A stretch of DNA of 64,000 bases from Pelagomonas calceolata (Eukaryota): NCBI GenBank assembly GCA_918797485.1, contig CAKKNE010000006.1:3100001-3164000 (forward strand). The letters are read 5' to 3'. A program made the translations under genes and the position numbers. The notes under the pieces are model-generated. The model was not told the origin of the DNA. It saw only the letters and a program-made list of their open reading frames with translations, and searched no databases. How positions within the stretch are numbered: position 1 is the first letter of the stretch; each line of letters starts with the position of its first letter. Below, piece by piece: positions 1 through 8,500 of the stretch.

Positions 1-1329
1 GATGATCCGGCGCGCGCCCTGCCGGAGCCCTCGGCGCCGGCGGACCACGATCTGCAGTCTTTGCCCCTCGCCGTCAACGACGTCTGCTATCGCGCCTGCC
101 GGGACGGCTCGAAACCCTCGGTTTTGCGGCGCGACGACTGCCCGCCCGGCACCGCCTGCCGCGCCACGCAGCCGCCGGGCGTCTACCTCGACAATTGCCT
201 CGCGCCCGACACGTGCCAGGCGCGGAGCGACGCCGCGCCGGTCCGGAACGCGTCGGGCGCGCCCGGCTCGGGCAGCGCCGTGGCCTGCACTAGTACCTCC
301 GATCCCCACCTGCGGAAGTTCGTGGGCCTGCGGTGCTGCCGCGACCGCGCGACGCGCCGACCCTACACGATCCACGTCGGCCACGCGTCCGGCGGCTTCC
401 GCGGCCTGACCCACGCGGCCATGTACGAGCCCGCGCGCGAGACGCTGCGGCGGGGCTTTTTGGCGCGCGCGGACGAGTGCGGATATACAGTGGCGACCTA
501 CCTCGGCCCGCTGAAGCCAGAAACGCTCCGCGACGGCGACGTCGTCATTTCGATGGGAACGAACGGCCCCTATTGGTGGGGCTTTGCGAAAGTCGCGAAC
601 GACCTCCGCCAGCGGCCGATCGCGTTCATCAACTACGAGACGGAGCCCGGAGGGCTACCGGCGAAGAAGGTCGGCATGCTGCTGCCGCGGCATCATGGGC
701 GGAGTTTAAGACGCGGGCCCGGTGGCATGATGACGGAGATCTGGTCGTACGCCTTCTCGCACGGCGCGAAGGCCAACCGTATTAAAATAGTGCCGCCCGG
801 CTTTCTGGAGCGCTTTCCGATACCGGAGACGGAGCCGGGGCCAGTCCGCACTTTTAAGTGGCTGGGGATGGCGGGCCGCTGCATGGACCGCCTGCCTCCC
901 GATGTTAGGCGCCGCGTCTCCGAGACCTACGGCGTGCGCACTTTGTCGGATTGGCAGAGAACGATGGCCGCGAATCACACGGTGTATTTGAACCTGCACA
1001 AGGAGCACTGCAAGGGCGGCCGGCCGTCGCGAGACCTACCCGCGGAGTACTTCCGGTTGTCCGCCATAGTGTCGGCCGGCGGCCTCGTGGTCTCGGAGCC
1101 GTCGTACCCGGTCGACGAGGCGGCGCTCAAAGACATCGTCGTCTTCGAGCCCTCTATTTACGACAAGGCGGGCGGCTGGAGCGCTTCTACCACCACCCTC
1201 CTCGCCGACGGCGCGCGGCTCCGCGCGTGGCGCGACCAAGCCCTCGCGGCGTACCGGAGCCGCTTCGACCCCGTCGCGCTTCTGCGGCAGGCCGACGCGT
1301 GGAACGAGCGGCCGCGCGGGGATTTGTGA
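1..1329 (+). CDS. Hypothetical protein, 5'-truncated by the window; Cys-rich N-terminal part and possible glycosyltransferase-like C-terminal domain
   Basis: Frame 1 is open from base 1 to TGA at 1329 with high GC3. The segment VYLNLH...EYFRLS...GGLVVSEPS resembles GT-B (CgeB/YkvP-like) C-termini. Confidence 0.55.
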   Translation, partial: DDPARALPEPSAPADHDLQSLPLAVNDVCYRACRDGSKPSVLRRDDCPPGTACRATQPPGVYLDNCLAPDTCQARSDAAPVRNASGAPGSGSAVACTSTSDPHLRKFVGLRCCRDRATRRPYTIHVGHASGGFRGLTHAAMYEPARETLRRGFLARADECGYTVATYLGPLKPETLRDGDVVISMGTNGPYWWGFAKVANDLRQRPIAFINYETEPGGLPAKKVGMLLPRHHGRSLRRGPGGMMTEIWSYAFSHGAKANRIKIVPPGFLERFPIPETEPGPVRTFKWLGMAGRCMDRLPPDVRRRVSETYGVRTLSDWQRTMAANHTVYLNLHKEHCKGGRPSRDLPAEYFRLSAIVSAGGLVVSEPSYPVDEAALKDIVVFEPSIYDKAGGWSASTTTLLADGARLRAWRDQALAAYRSRFDPVALLRQADAWNERPRGDL

Positions 1330-1536
1330 GTAGTGGCGTCGGTGTTCCCAAAGTTAATGACAATATACCTCTCCAAGCGTCCCTCGGCTAGTGGCCTGCC
1401 TGCAAGCTCCCAAGCAAAGTGGTGCAGCGCGCACAAAAGAGGCTGCCCGAAGCCAGCAAAGCGGGCACCTTTGGCTGCCCACCCATCACGAATCCACGGC
1501 CCGCCACGCCATCGCTGCGACCACACGACAAACACC

Positions 1537-2583
1537 ATGGACCTCCGGCCGCCCCGCCTCTACAAATGGTACAAGCCCATCGACGAGCGGGAGAAGGCCC
1601 TGGACCAGCCCGACCTCACTGAGGAGCAGCGCGCGGCCATGGACCTCGCGCGGCCCCCGGCGCCGAGCCTCCCGGGCGCCCCCGAGGGCGAGCCGGGCGC
1701 GGCGCCCGCCGCCGCGCCGGAAGATGAGGGAGAGGGCGAGCCCGTGGTCTTCACGGCGCCGGAGCACGTGCAGATCCAGACGCGCGAGGAGCAGCTCGAG
1801 GAGATCCGGCAGATGGGCCTCGGCGATTTATGCATGGACGATCCAGAACCAAAAATCGCCATGCCCGACTGGGCCGGCGGCGGCAGCGAGTCGTTAGGTG
1901 TAAAATACGACGAGGAACGAGAAAAGTTGGCCCGGGAGTTATGTGAGGACGAGCCGATGGAGTCCGAGGCGCCGGACGCGTGCGCGCCGGCGCCGGCGCC
2001 GGGCCCCGCGCCGGCCGTCGACGACGACCGCGTCCACGAGCCCACGGACCCGGAACTGATCCAGCTCAACGGCTTGCTGCAAAGCGCGCTCACGGAGCTC
2101 GGCCACAAGGTCATTGAATTCGGCTGGGACAAGGATCCATTACATGGCAAGTCGCCGCTCTGTCTCCCGTACGACGAGTACATGAAGCCCATCACCACCT
2201 CAGAAGAGGAGGCGGGCTACGACCCCGAAGTTGACGACCCGGACTGGGACAACTATCCTTTTAAATGGGGCGGCGTCGTGCCCGAGGCCTGGGCGCTCGA
2301 GTTCATCGCGAAGTACCTCAAGGAGCACAATCCCAATACTACTAGTGGGGCGCCGGCGCCCGCGCCCGCGCCGGCGGCCGCCGAGGCGCCCGCGCCGGCG
2401 GCGCCCTCGGAGGCGCCGGCGCTGCCGCGCGACGTGCTTCCTTTACTGAATGAGCCGGGCTACGTCGATACGCAGAAGCGCGTCCTCGGCGCGATGCCGT
2501 CGGAGATCCCAAGCGACACGACGGGCGAGATTCAGGACTCGGACGTCGTCGCGCCGGGGCTCGCGCTGCTGCAGCAGCAGTAA
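1537..2583 (+). CDS. Acidic, Pro/Ala-rich hypothetical protein with a possible Dpy-30-like motif
   Basis: ATG at 1537 (caccATGg) with strong GC3. LLQSALTEL...ALEFIAKYLKEHNP resembles a Dpy-30 dimerisation motif. Confidence 0.65.
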   Translation: MDLRPPRLYKWYKPIDEREKALDQPDLTEEQRAAMDLARPPAPSLPGAPEGEPGAAPAAAPEDEGEGEPVVFTAPEHVQIQTREEQLEEIRQMGLGDLCMDDPEPKIAMPDWAGGGSESLGVKYDEEREKLARELCEDEPMESEAPDACAPAPAPGPAPAVDDDRVHEPTDPELIQLNGLLQSALTELGHKVIEFGWDKDPLHGKSPLCLPYDEYMKPITTSEEEAGYDPEVDDPDWDNYPFKWGGVVPEAWALEFIAKYLKEHNPNTTSGAPAPAPAPAAAEAPAPAAPSEAPALPRDVLPLLNEPGYVDTQKRVLGAMPSEIPSDTTGEIQDSDVVAPGLALLQQQ

Positions 2584-2672
2584 TATCATGGCGTAGTTTT
2601 GTTGGGGTCGCGTGGATGGCGTCACGCCGACGCCGGGACCCGCCGTTGTTGTGGATTCTTAAAGTGGTTATG

Positions 2673-5165
2673 CTAACTACCCGAGGCGTATGTTTCTAGA
2701 AGATCGACGATGGCCGAGTGGCCCTCGTTGGTTGCTGCACTCATCGGCGTGTCGCCGTCGTCGTTCTCGCGGTCCAGGTCAGCCGTTGCACCGCTATCTA
2801 GCAAAAGGCGGGCTATCTCGATGTGCCCCTCATAGCAGGCCGCGTGAAGTGGCGTTGTGTCGTCCGAGTCGCTCCTGTGAACGTCGGCGCCGCGGTCCAG
2901 CAATAGTCGCGCCACGTCCACGTGACCTGCATCGCACGCGACGAAGAGTGGCGTTGTGCCGTCAGGAAGCACCCTATTGACTTCCGCGCCGTCGTCCAGG
3001 AGCCGCGTTATCGCGTCGACGTCGCCTCTCTTTGCCGAAAGATGCAGCGGGGAGTTTATGAGGGCGCTCACATTTTCAAGCTCTTCCCGGCAATCGACAG
3101 TCTCCGAATGGTCCGGGCCGTAGGCACTTTCGTTGATCACGAGTGCACGCTCTAAGATCTCGCGTTGCTTGACAGTGTCGCCGAGGTTCTCGTGCACCAT
3201 GGCGAGGTTCCAAAGCGTAGTACCTACCTCCACATGATCGGGCCCGTACGCCCGCTCCTTGATCGCAAGCGCGCGCTCCAGCATGTCTCGCTTCTTCGCG
3301 TGGTCGCCTAATTTACCGTACGCGGCCCCGAGGTTCGTCAGCGTGATGGCCACGTTCGGGTGGTCGCGGCCGTATGCTCGCTCCTTGATCGCGAGCGCGC
3401 GCTCCAGCATGTCTCGCGTCTTCGCGTGGTCGCCTAAGCTTCCGTACGCTTTCCCGAGGTTCGTCAGCGTGATGGCCACATTCGGGTGGTCGCGACCGTA
3501 TGCTCGCTCCTTGATCGCGAGCGCGCGCTCCAGCATGTCTCGCTTCTTCGCGTGGTCGCCTAAGCTTCCGTACGCGTTCCCGAGGTTCGTCAGCGTGATG
3601 GCCACTTCCGGGTGGTCGCGGCCGTACGCCCGCTCGTTGATCGCGAGCGCGCGCTCCAGCATGTCTCGCTCCTTCGCGTGGTCGCCTAAGCTGCCGTACG
3701 CGCTCCCGAGGTTCGACAGCACGGCGGCCACTCGCGTGCTGTCCTTGCCATCGCGCTCATTGATCGCGAGCGCGCGCTCCAGCATGTCTCGCTTCTTCGC
3801 GTGGTCGCCTAAGGATCCGTACGCGTTCCCGAGGTTCGTCAGCGTGGTGGCCACATTCGCGTGGTCGCGGCCGTACGCCTCCTCGATCGCGAGCGCGCGC
3901 TCCAACACGTCGCGCTGCTTGGCGTAGTCGCCTAATTGGCCGTACGCGCCCCCGAGGTTATTCAACAATCCGGCCACGTTCGTACTATCTTTACCGTACT
4001 CGCGCTCGTAGATCGGGAGCGCCCGCTCCACCACCTCAAGCCTCTTGGCATTGTCGCCAAGGTCCCCGTACGCGCGCCCAAGATCCCACAGCGCCACGCC
4101 CACCGCCTTGCTATCCGCGCCGAACGCGCGCTCCTGCTCCGCCAAGATAGCTTCCCGGACCTTCACGACGCCCGCGAACTCCTGGATTGACTTGAGCAAC
4201 TCGCAGAGCCCATCCAACAAATTCGCGTCCGCCTCGGACCCAAGCACATGGTCCACCAACTCCTCCACATCTTTCGCCTCGTCGACGGGCAATTTGCACA
4301 GCATCTCGAGCCGCTGCGCGACGGCGTCTGAATTGCCCAAGAAAAACGACCGGAAGTACTCGTAGACCGTGTGGCTCTGGTGCAGCGCCTCCGACTCTTT
4401 GATCGGCATGAGATGAATTTGCAGCTCGCACATGTGCGACACCTTCTCAACTTTCACGGCGACGTTCATCAAAATATCCTGATAGCCGTTGAAGAGCGGC
4501 GGCGCGAACCGGTTCTTCGTCCGCACGATATCAACGCGGTCGTCGGCTTCGAGCGATGCGTAGAGCTGCACGATGGCGTCCTCCGTCTGACAGAGGGCCG
4601 CGCCGCGCGTAATATCGAAGAGCCAACTGTAGCACGGCGCCGTCTTGTCCGCGTACTCGTCGCGCGCCTTGGCGCCGGCGCGGTCGCGGCCCTTCAGCGG
4701 CGCGAACATCAGCTTCACACCGCTTTCAGGGCACGCGGCCGTCATGATCTCCTCGAACTGCACCCTCGCCAGCGCGGCGACCTCGTACAGCGCGTCGAGC
4801 GACGCGGCCGGCTCGCCGTCGAGGCCGCACTGGCGACACTCGTCTCCTAAATTCTTGCCCACCCAGGGGATCTTCTTCACATCGCCCTTGATGTGCTCGC
4901 GCGCGATCTCGTCGATCTGCTCCCGCGCGGCCTTGAATGCCTTCAGGTTGTGAAACATGCATTTCCGCGGGTCGAGCGCGCGCTCGTCGTGCTCCTTGGC
5001 GTGGGCCTCTATCGTGGGCCACGGCACCGTGCGCGTCCCGTCCGCGCCCTCGGTCGCGGCCGCATCGAAGGCTCGCTTCGCCTTGTCGTCGAAGAGGACG
5101 CCGACCTCGCTTTTTAGCCTTACTTCGGTGAGCGGTTTCTTGTCGGTCGACGCGCCCGAGCCCAT
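2673..5165 (-). CDS. RelA/SpoT-like nucleotidyltransferase + 42-aa TPR array + ankyrin repeats, with an N-myristoylation motif
   Basis: 830-aa intronless ORF starting MGSGAS. NTase motifs LKGRDRAGAK, LFDITRG, KNRF, GYQDILMN, CELQIHL, HTVYE. About 8 kinesin-light-chain-type TPRs, then 3-4 ankyrin repeats (TPLFVAC, TPLHAAC). Confidence 0.85.
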   Translation of the reverse strand: MGSGASTDKKPLTEVRLKSEVGVLFDDKAKRAFDAAATEGADGTRTVPWPTIEAHAKEHDERALDPRKCMFHNLKAFKAAREQIDEIAREHIKGDVKKIPWVGKNLGDECRQCGLDGEPAASLDALYEVAALARVQFEEIMTAACPESGVKLMFAPLKGRDRAGAKARDEYADKTAPCYSWLFDITRGAALCQTEDAIVQLYASLEADDRVDIVRTKNRFAPPLFNGYQDILMNVAVKVEKVSHMCELQIHLMPIKESEALHQSHTVYEYFRSFFLGNSDAVAQRLEMLCKLPVDEAKDVEELVDHVLGSEADANLLDGLCELLKSIQEFAGVVKVREAILAEQERAFGADSKAVGVALWDLGRAYGDLGDNAKRLEVVERALPIYEREYGKDSTNVAGLLNNLGGAYGQLGDYAKQRDVLERALAIEEAYGRDHANVATTLTNLGNAYGSLGDHAKKRDMLERALAINERDGKDSTRVAAVLSNLGSAYGSLGDHAKERDMLERALAINERAYGRDHPEVAITLTNLGNAYGSLGDHAKKRDMLERALAIKERAYGRDHPNVAITLTNLGKAYGSLGDHAKTRDMLERALAIKERAYGRDHPNVAITLTNLGAAYGKLGDHAKKRDMLERALAIKERAYGPDHVEVGTTLWNLAMVHENLGDTVKQREILERALVINESAYGPDHSETVDCREELENVSALINSPLHLSAKRGDVDAITRLLDDGAEVNRVLPDGTTPLFVACDAGHVDVARLLLDRGADVHRSDSDDTTPLHAACYEGHIEIARLLLDSGATADLDRENDDGDTPMSAATNEGHSAIVDLLETYASGS
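3180..4100 (-). repeat. Coding tandem array of 126-bp TPR units
   Basis: gatcgcgagcgcgcgctccagcatgtctcgc recurs about every 126 bp; two units are one codon short. Confidence 0.9.
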
Positions 5166-5392
5166 GCTCCTATATGGAGGTATCTAGTGCTAGGCTGGCA
5201 GGCTGCCCCCAAATGCCAATCCGCTGCGCGCGTATGGGCAAAAAACTCCCTCTTTTAGCTGCAGCTGGTGTGTTGGCCGCAGCCCCACCGCTTCTTGTGG
5301 TTTAGGGCAGCTGCTCAGATAAGCATTGCGCTGCGCTAGAGCCTAGACGCCGCCGCCGCCGGGAGACTACTACGTGACCACCTCTTTACGCA

Positions 5393-6148
5393 CTAGATCC
5401 CCCCCTTGAAGGGCGCGCGCGACCGCTTGGCTCTTCTTTTCGGTCGATCGATGTCCATCGCCGCGTCGTCCTGCTGCAGCGAGTTCTTGATGTCCTCGAT
5501 CTTCGCTTGTAAGGCGGCAGCATCTCCTTTACGAGCGTCCCGCAGCGCCTTGGCCTGGACCTTGTTCTCCTCGAGCTGCTCCGCGACGGCGTCCGCGCGG
5601 TCGGCCCAGTCCGTGAGCGCGTCGGCCATGGCCGCGACGTCGTCGGGCTTCACGTCCCTGCCACTGGCGCGTTGCACCTTGAACTCCCGCGCCATCTGGT
5701 CCATCTTGCCCGCGACCAAACCCGCGTAAACCGTCTCGATGACCAGGTCTTCCAAGTCCCTTTGTTCGGTCACTTCCAAGGCTTCTCCAATCGCATCGTA
5801 GGGGACTACCGAAGCTTTTCTTGCGAGTGATACGAGAGAGAGTTGTCTCAGTTTGGTTTTTTGCGGCGGCGTCAAGGGCGGTAGTGACGAGGCTTCTTTC
5901 TTGTAGTCCGAGTACGTGCCATAGGCGAAGATCTCCAACAACCTCAGTTGGTTGGCCTGGTCCGTGCTCTTCAAGGCTCTCACGTTCGGTTCGGCCAAGA
6001 GTTCACCAAACACAAAAACTCGTTTCGCATTTAACGCCTGCTGCACAATATCACCGACGGCGCGACTGCCACCGGCGGACTTGGCCAACGTACAGAACTG
6101 CTCGAGGGCGCCGGCCGCGCCCTCGCCCGCGTCGACGGCGGCGGCCAT
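5393..6148 (-). CDS. COPS7: COP9 signalosome subunit 7 (PCI domain)
   Basis: VFVFGELL, LLEIFAYGTYSDY, KLRQLSLVSLA, RDLEDLVIETVYAGLVAGKMDQ and GRDV are CSN7 hallmarks. Confidence 0.9.
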   Translation of the reverse strand: MAAAVDAGEGAAGALEQFCTLAKSAGGSRAVGDIVQQALNAKRVFVFGELLAEPNVRALKSTDQANQLRLLEIFAYGTYSDYKKEASSLPPLTPPQKTKLRQLSLVSLARKASVVPYDAIGEALEVTEQRDLEDLVIETVYAGLVAGKMDQMAREFKVQRASGRDVKPDDVAAMADALTDWADRADAVAEQLEENKVQAKALRDARKGDAAALQAKIEDIKNSLQQDDAAMDIDRPKRRAKRSRAPFKGGI

Positions 6149-6495
6149 TATGAGTGGCTTTTTGGAGAGCGGGAGCTGGGGCGGCTCTTTTGGAGGCGCG
6201 CGGCGGCTCGGTGCACAGTGCGCTGTCGAGCGGTGCTGTGGGAACCTTGCGGCTCTCGGTACTGCACAGCGGCGGCACAGGGTCGCGTTTAAGCTTGACT
6301 CGCTCGAAGCAGACCCGCACGAAATAAACCCGCGTGAAATCTTGGGCAGCCCTAGTTCCAAGGGGATTTCTCTGATGGCTCCGGAGCAGCATGCTAGGGA
6401 CACCTCGAGGGACGCCGCGCAGCGCGACGCGTTCCGCTGTTGTTTTTTGACACACTGCCGCAAGAACTAGCTTCGCTTCGCGAGACGAAGGGCTG

Positions 6496-7119
6496 ATGGG
6501 GTGGTCCTGCTGGGGGCGACGCCGCCGCCGCGCCCGGGACGAGGCGGCTGCCGAGACGCGGCGGTGGTGCGAGGAGGCCGTCGGAGGGACTGCTGCCCCC
6601 CACACGCCGCCGGCGCCGGTCCTCGAGACGCGGACGCCGCTCCACGCGCGGGCCGTACGCCCTTCGCCACTGGAGGCCGAGCTCCACCACCACTCGGCGG
6701 CCGCGCGGCGCGTCGTCGGCTTGGACGCGGCCCGGGCCGCCGTGCCAGCCGCTGGACCAGCACAGCCATCTATAACCCCGGCCGCGCGGAGGACCGTGGA
6801 CCTCGATGCCGCGGCCGCCTTCGCCGCGACGCCGCCGCCGCCGCGCATGCGCACGCCGCTGGCCGACGCGAATGGGACAGTGCCTGCATCTGGGAAGCGG
6901 CGGCCCTATCGCGGCCTCTCGACGCCCGCGCTCGTCGCCGACCTCGAGCGGACGCTCGGCACGCGCCTGCGTCCGCGCCACGCCACCGTGCAGAAGGCGC
7001 GGCGCGGGAACGGCGACGGCTACGAGGGGTGGCTCCGGCGGCACTTCGCGAGCCCGCCGCGACGGCGGTCGAGGACGTCGCCGCCCGCCGCCACGCCGCG
7101 GCCCAAGGTGTGGATATAA
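6496..7119 (+). CDS. Hypothetical protein
   Basis: 207-aa ATG-started ORF with GC3-biased codons, converging on the next gene; no recognisable domain. Confidence 0.4.
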   Translation: MGWSCWGRRRRRARDEAAAETRRWCEEAVGGTAAPHTPPAPVLETRTPLHARAVRPSPLEAELHHHSAAARRVVGLDAARAAVPAAGPAQPSITPAARRTVDLDAAAAFAATPPPPRMRTPLADANGTVPASGKRRPYRGLSTPALVADLERTLGTRLRPRHATVQKARRGNGDGYEGWLRRHFASPPRRRSRTSPPAATPRPKVWI

Positions 7120-7133
7120 CATGAATACTGACA

Positions 7134-8063
7134 TTACACTGGCAAGCCATTGTGGTCGAATGAGAGCACCCACGGCTTGTCCCAGAACGAGACGATGGTG
7201 GGGATCAGCGCCTCCGGGAGGTTCAGGCAGCCGTGCCCGCGCGCGAGGAGCTTGATCGTCAGCAGCTGGCACTGGCGGTTCATCGCGTAGGCAGCGAAGC
7301 CACCCGCGGCGTGTACTGCCTCAACATACGTCCGATGCCGGTCGGTCGGTAGGCGGTTTACCAGCGGTAGAGTCTTCTCAGATGGGTGAGGATGCTCGTC
7401 TGTGGCCAGGTGCGGACGTTCTTCGAACATGTGGCTCACATCTGCTCCCGCGCGCAGAAGCATGAAGGCAATCGCGTGCTTTGTCAGAAAATGCCGCTTT
7501 CGCGAGTCTGCATCTGCCATAGAGGGAGGGTACTCGTTGTCAAAAGCGAGGCCGAGTGGAGTTCTTTCGTTGGTGGGCTCGCGTGCCACGGTATCAACGT
7601 CCGCGCCATGGGATAGCAAGAGGCGAACGAACTCCGGAGAACAATAAATGTGCACCGCCACGTGAAGTGCTCTCAAGCCATTCACCGTATCGAGGTTTAC
7701 TTCTTGGTTTACGTCGGCGCCGGCCTCGAGAAGCGCGACCGCGCAGGCATAACGATTCATCGCTGCCGCAGCCATCAACGGAGTAAGCCCTAACTCGCAG
7801 CCACGAGCAACGTCAGCGCCCGCCGAAATCAGCCGCCGCACTATAGCGTCATGCCCATCCCATGCTGCTGCGAATAACGGCGTCGCCTTTGTTCTTACTC
7901 CAAACTCGTTTTCGTACTCATGCTGTTCGTGCAGCTGCTCCGCGGTCGCGTCCGGCAGGAGCGCGTCGAGCGCCGCGACGTCGCCGTCCCGCGCGGCCTC
8001 GAAGAGCCGCTCGGCGGGCGTTTTCTCGGTTTCGACGCCTTCGGCGCCTTCGGCAGTGGCCAT
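7134..8063 (-). CDS. Ankyrin-repeat protein with a possible SOCS-box-like C-terminus
   Basis: TPLFAAA, TPLMAAA, ALHVAV and TPLGLA repeats; C-terminal LPEALIPTIVSFW. Confidence 0.85.
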   Translation of the reverse strand: MATAEGAEGVETEKTPAERLFEAARDGDVAALDALLPDATAEQLHEQHEYENEFGVRTKATPLFAAAWDGHDAIVRRLISAGADVARGCELGLTPLMAAAAMNRYACAVALLEAGADVNQEVNLDTVNGLRALHVAVHIYCSPEFVRLLLSHGADVDTVAREPTNERTPLGLAFDNEYPPSMADADSRKRHFLTKHAIAFMLLRAGADVSHMFEERPHLATDEHPHPSEKTLPLVNRLPTDRHRTYVEAVHAAGGFAAYAMNRQCQLLTIKLLARGHGCLNLPEALIPTIVSFWDKPWVLSFDHNGLPV

Positions 8064-8441
8064 TCTGTAGCGGAACGGTTATTTTGCGCCGCCGCGCCTC
8101 TCGTGTGCAGCCTGCACAGGGCAGAGTGGGGCCTGGTCAGGGTCTGGATGCGCTCGCGGCGCCGAACCGCTGGACGTACGCCACGAAGGCGTTAGCAGGA
8201 CCAATTACTGCTGCGTGGTAGCGCCTATGACCCGCGTAGCCCGCGTTTGCTGAAGCTGGAAAACCCGAGTTATTTATTAGAGCTAAAGCGGCAGTGCTTA
8301 GCACCGGGGCCATAACTCGAGCCAGTGTGCCCCTCCGAGCCGCGCAGAAGTCTTGTAAGGGCCTCAGTAAAATACGCCAGCAAGGAGAAGCCCGCGCGCA
8401 GCACGCGGGCGCCGCGGGCACCGGAAAACAAGCCGACGGCG

Positions 8442-8498
8442 AAGCGCGCTCCCAGCAGCCAAGCGCGCTCCCAGCAGCCAAGCGCGCTCCCAGCAGCC
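8442..8498 (+). repeat. Three perfect tandem copies of a 19-bp unit just before a start codon
   Basis: aagcgcgctcccagcagcc at 8442, 8461 and 8480; ATG at 8501. Confidence 0.9.
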
Positions 8499-8500
8499 AA

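Noticed and set aside
3259..3927. Long repetitive plus-strand ORFs over the TPR arrays (also 27813-28983)
   Set aside because: They are antisense shadows of GC-rich TPR codons, with Ser/Arg-biased translations.
3180..4100. Regular repeats suggesting a CRISPR array
   Set aside because: The units are contiguous 126-bp coding repeats with no unique spacers; the context is eukaryotic and there are no cas genes.
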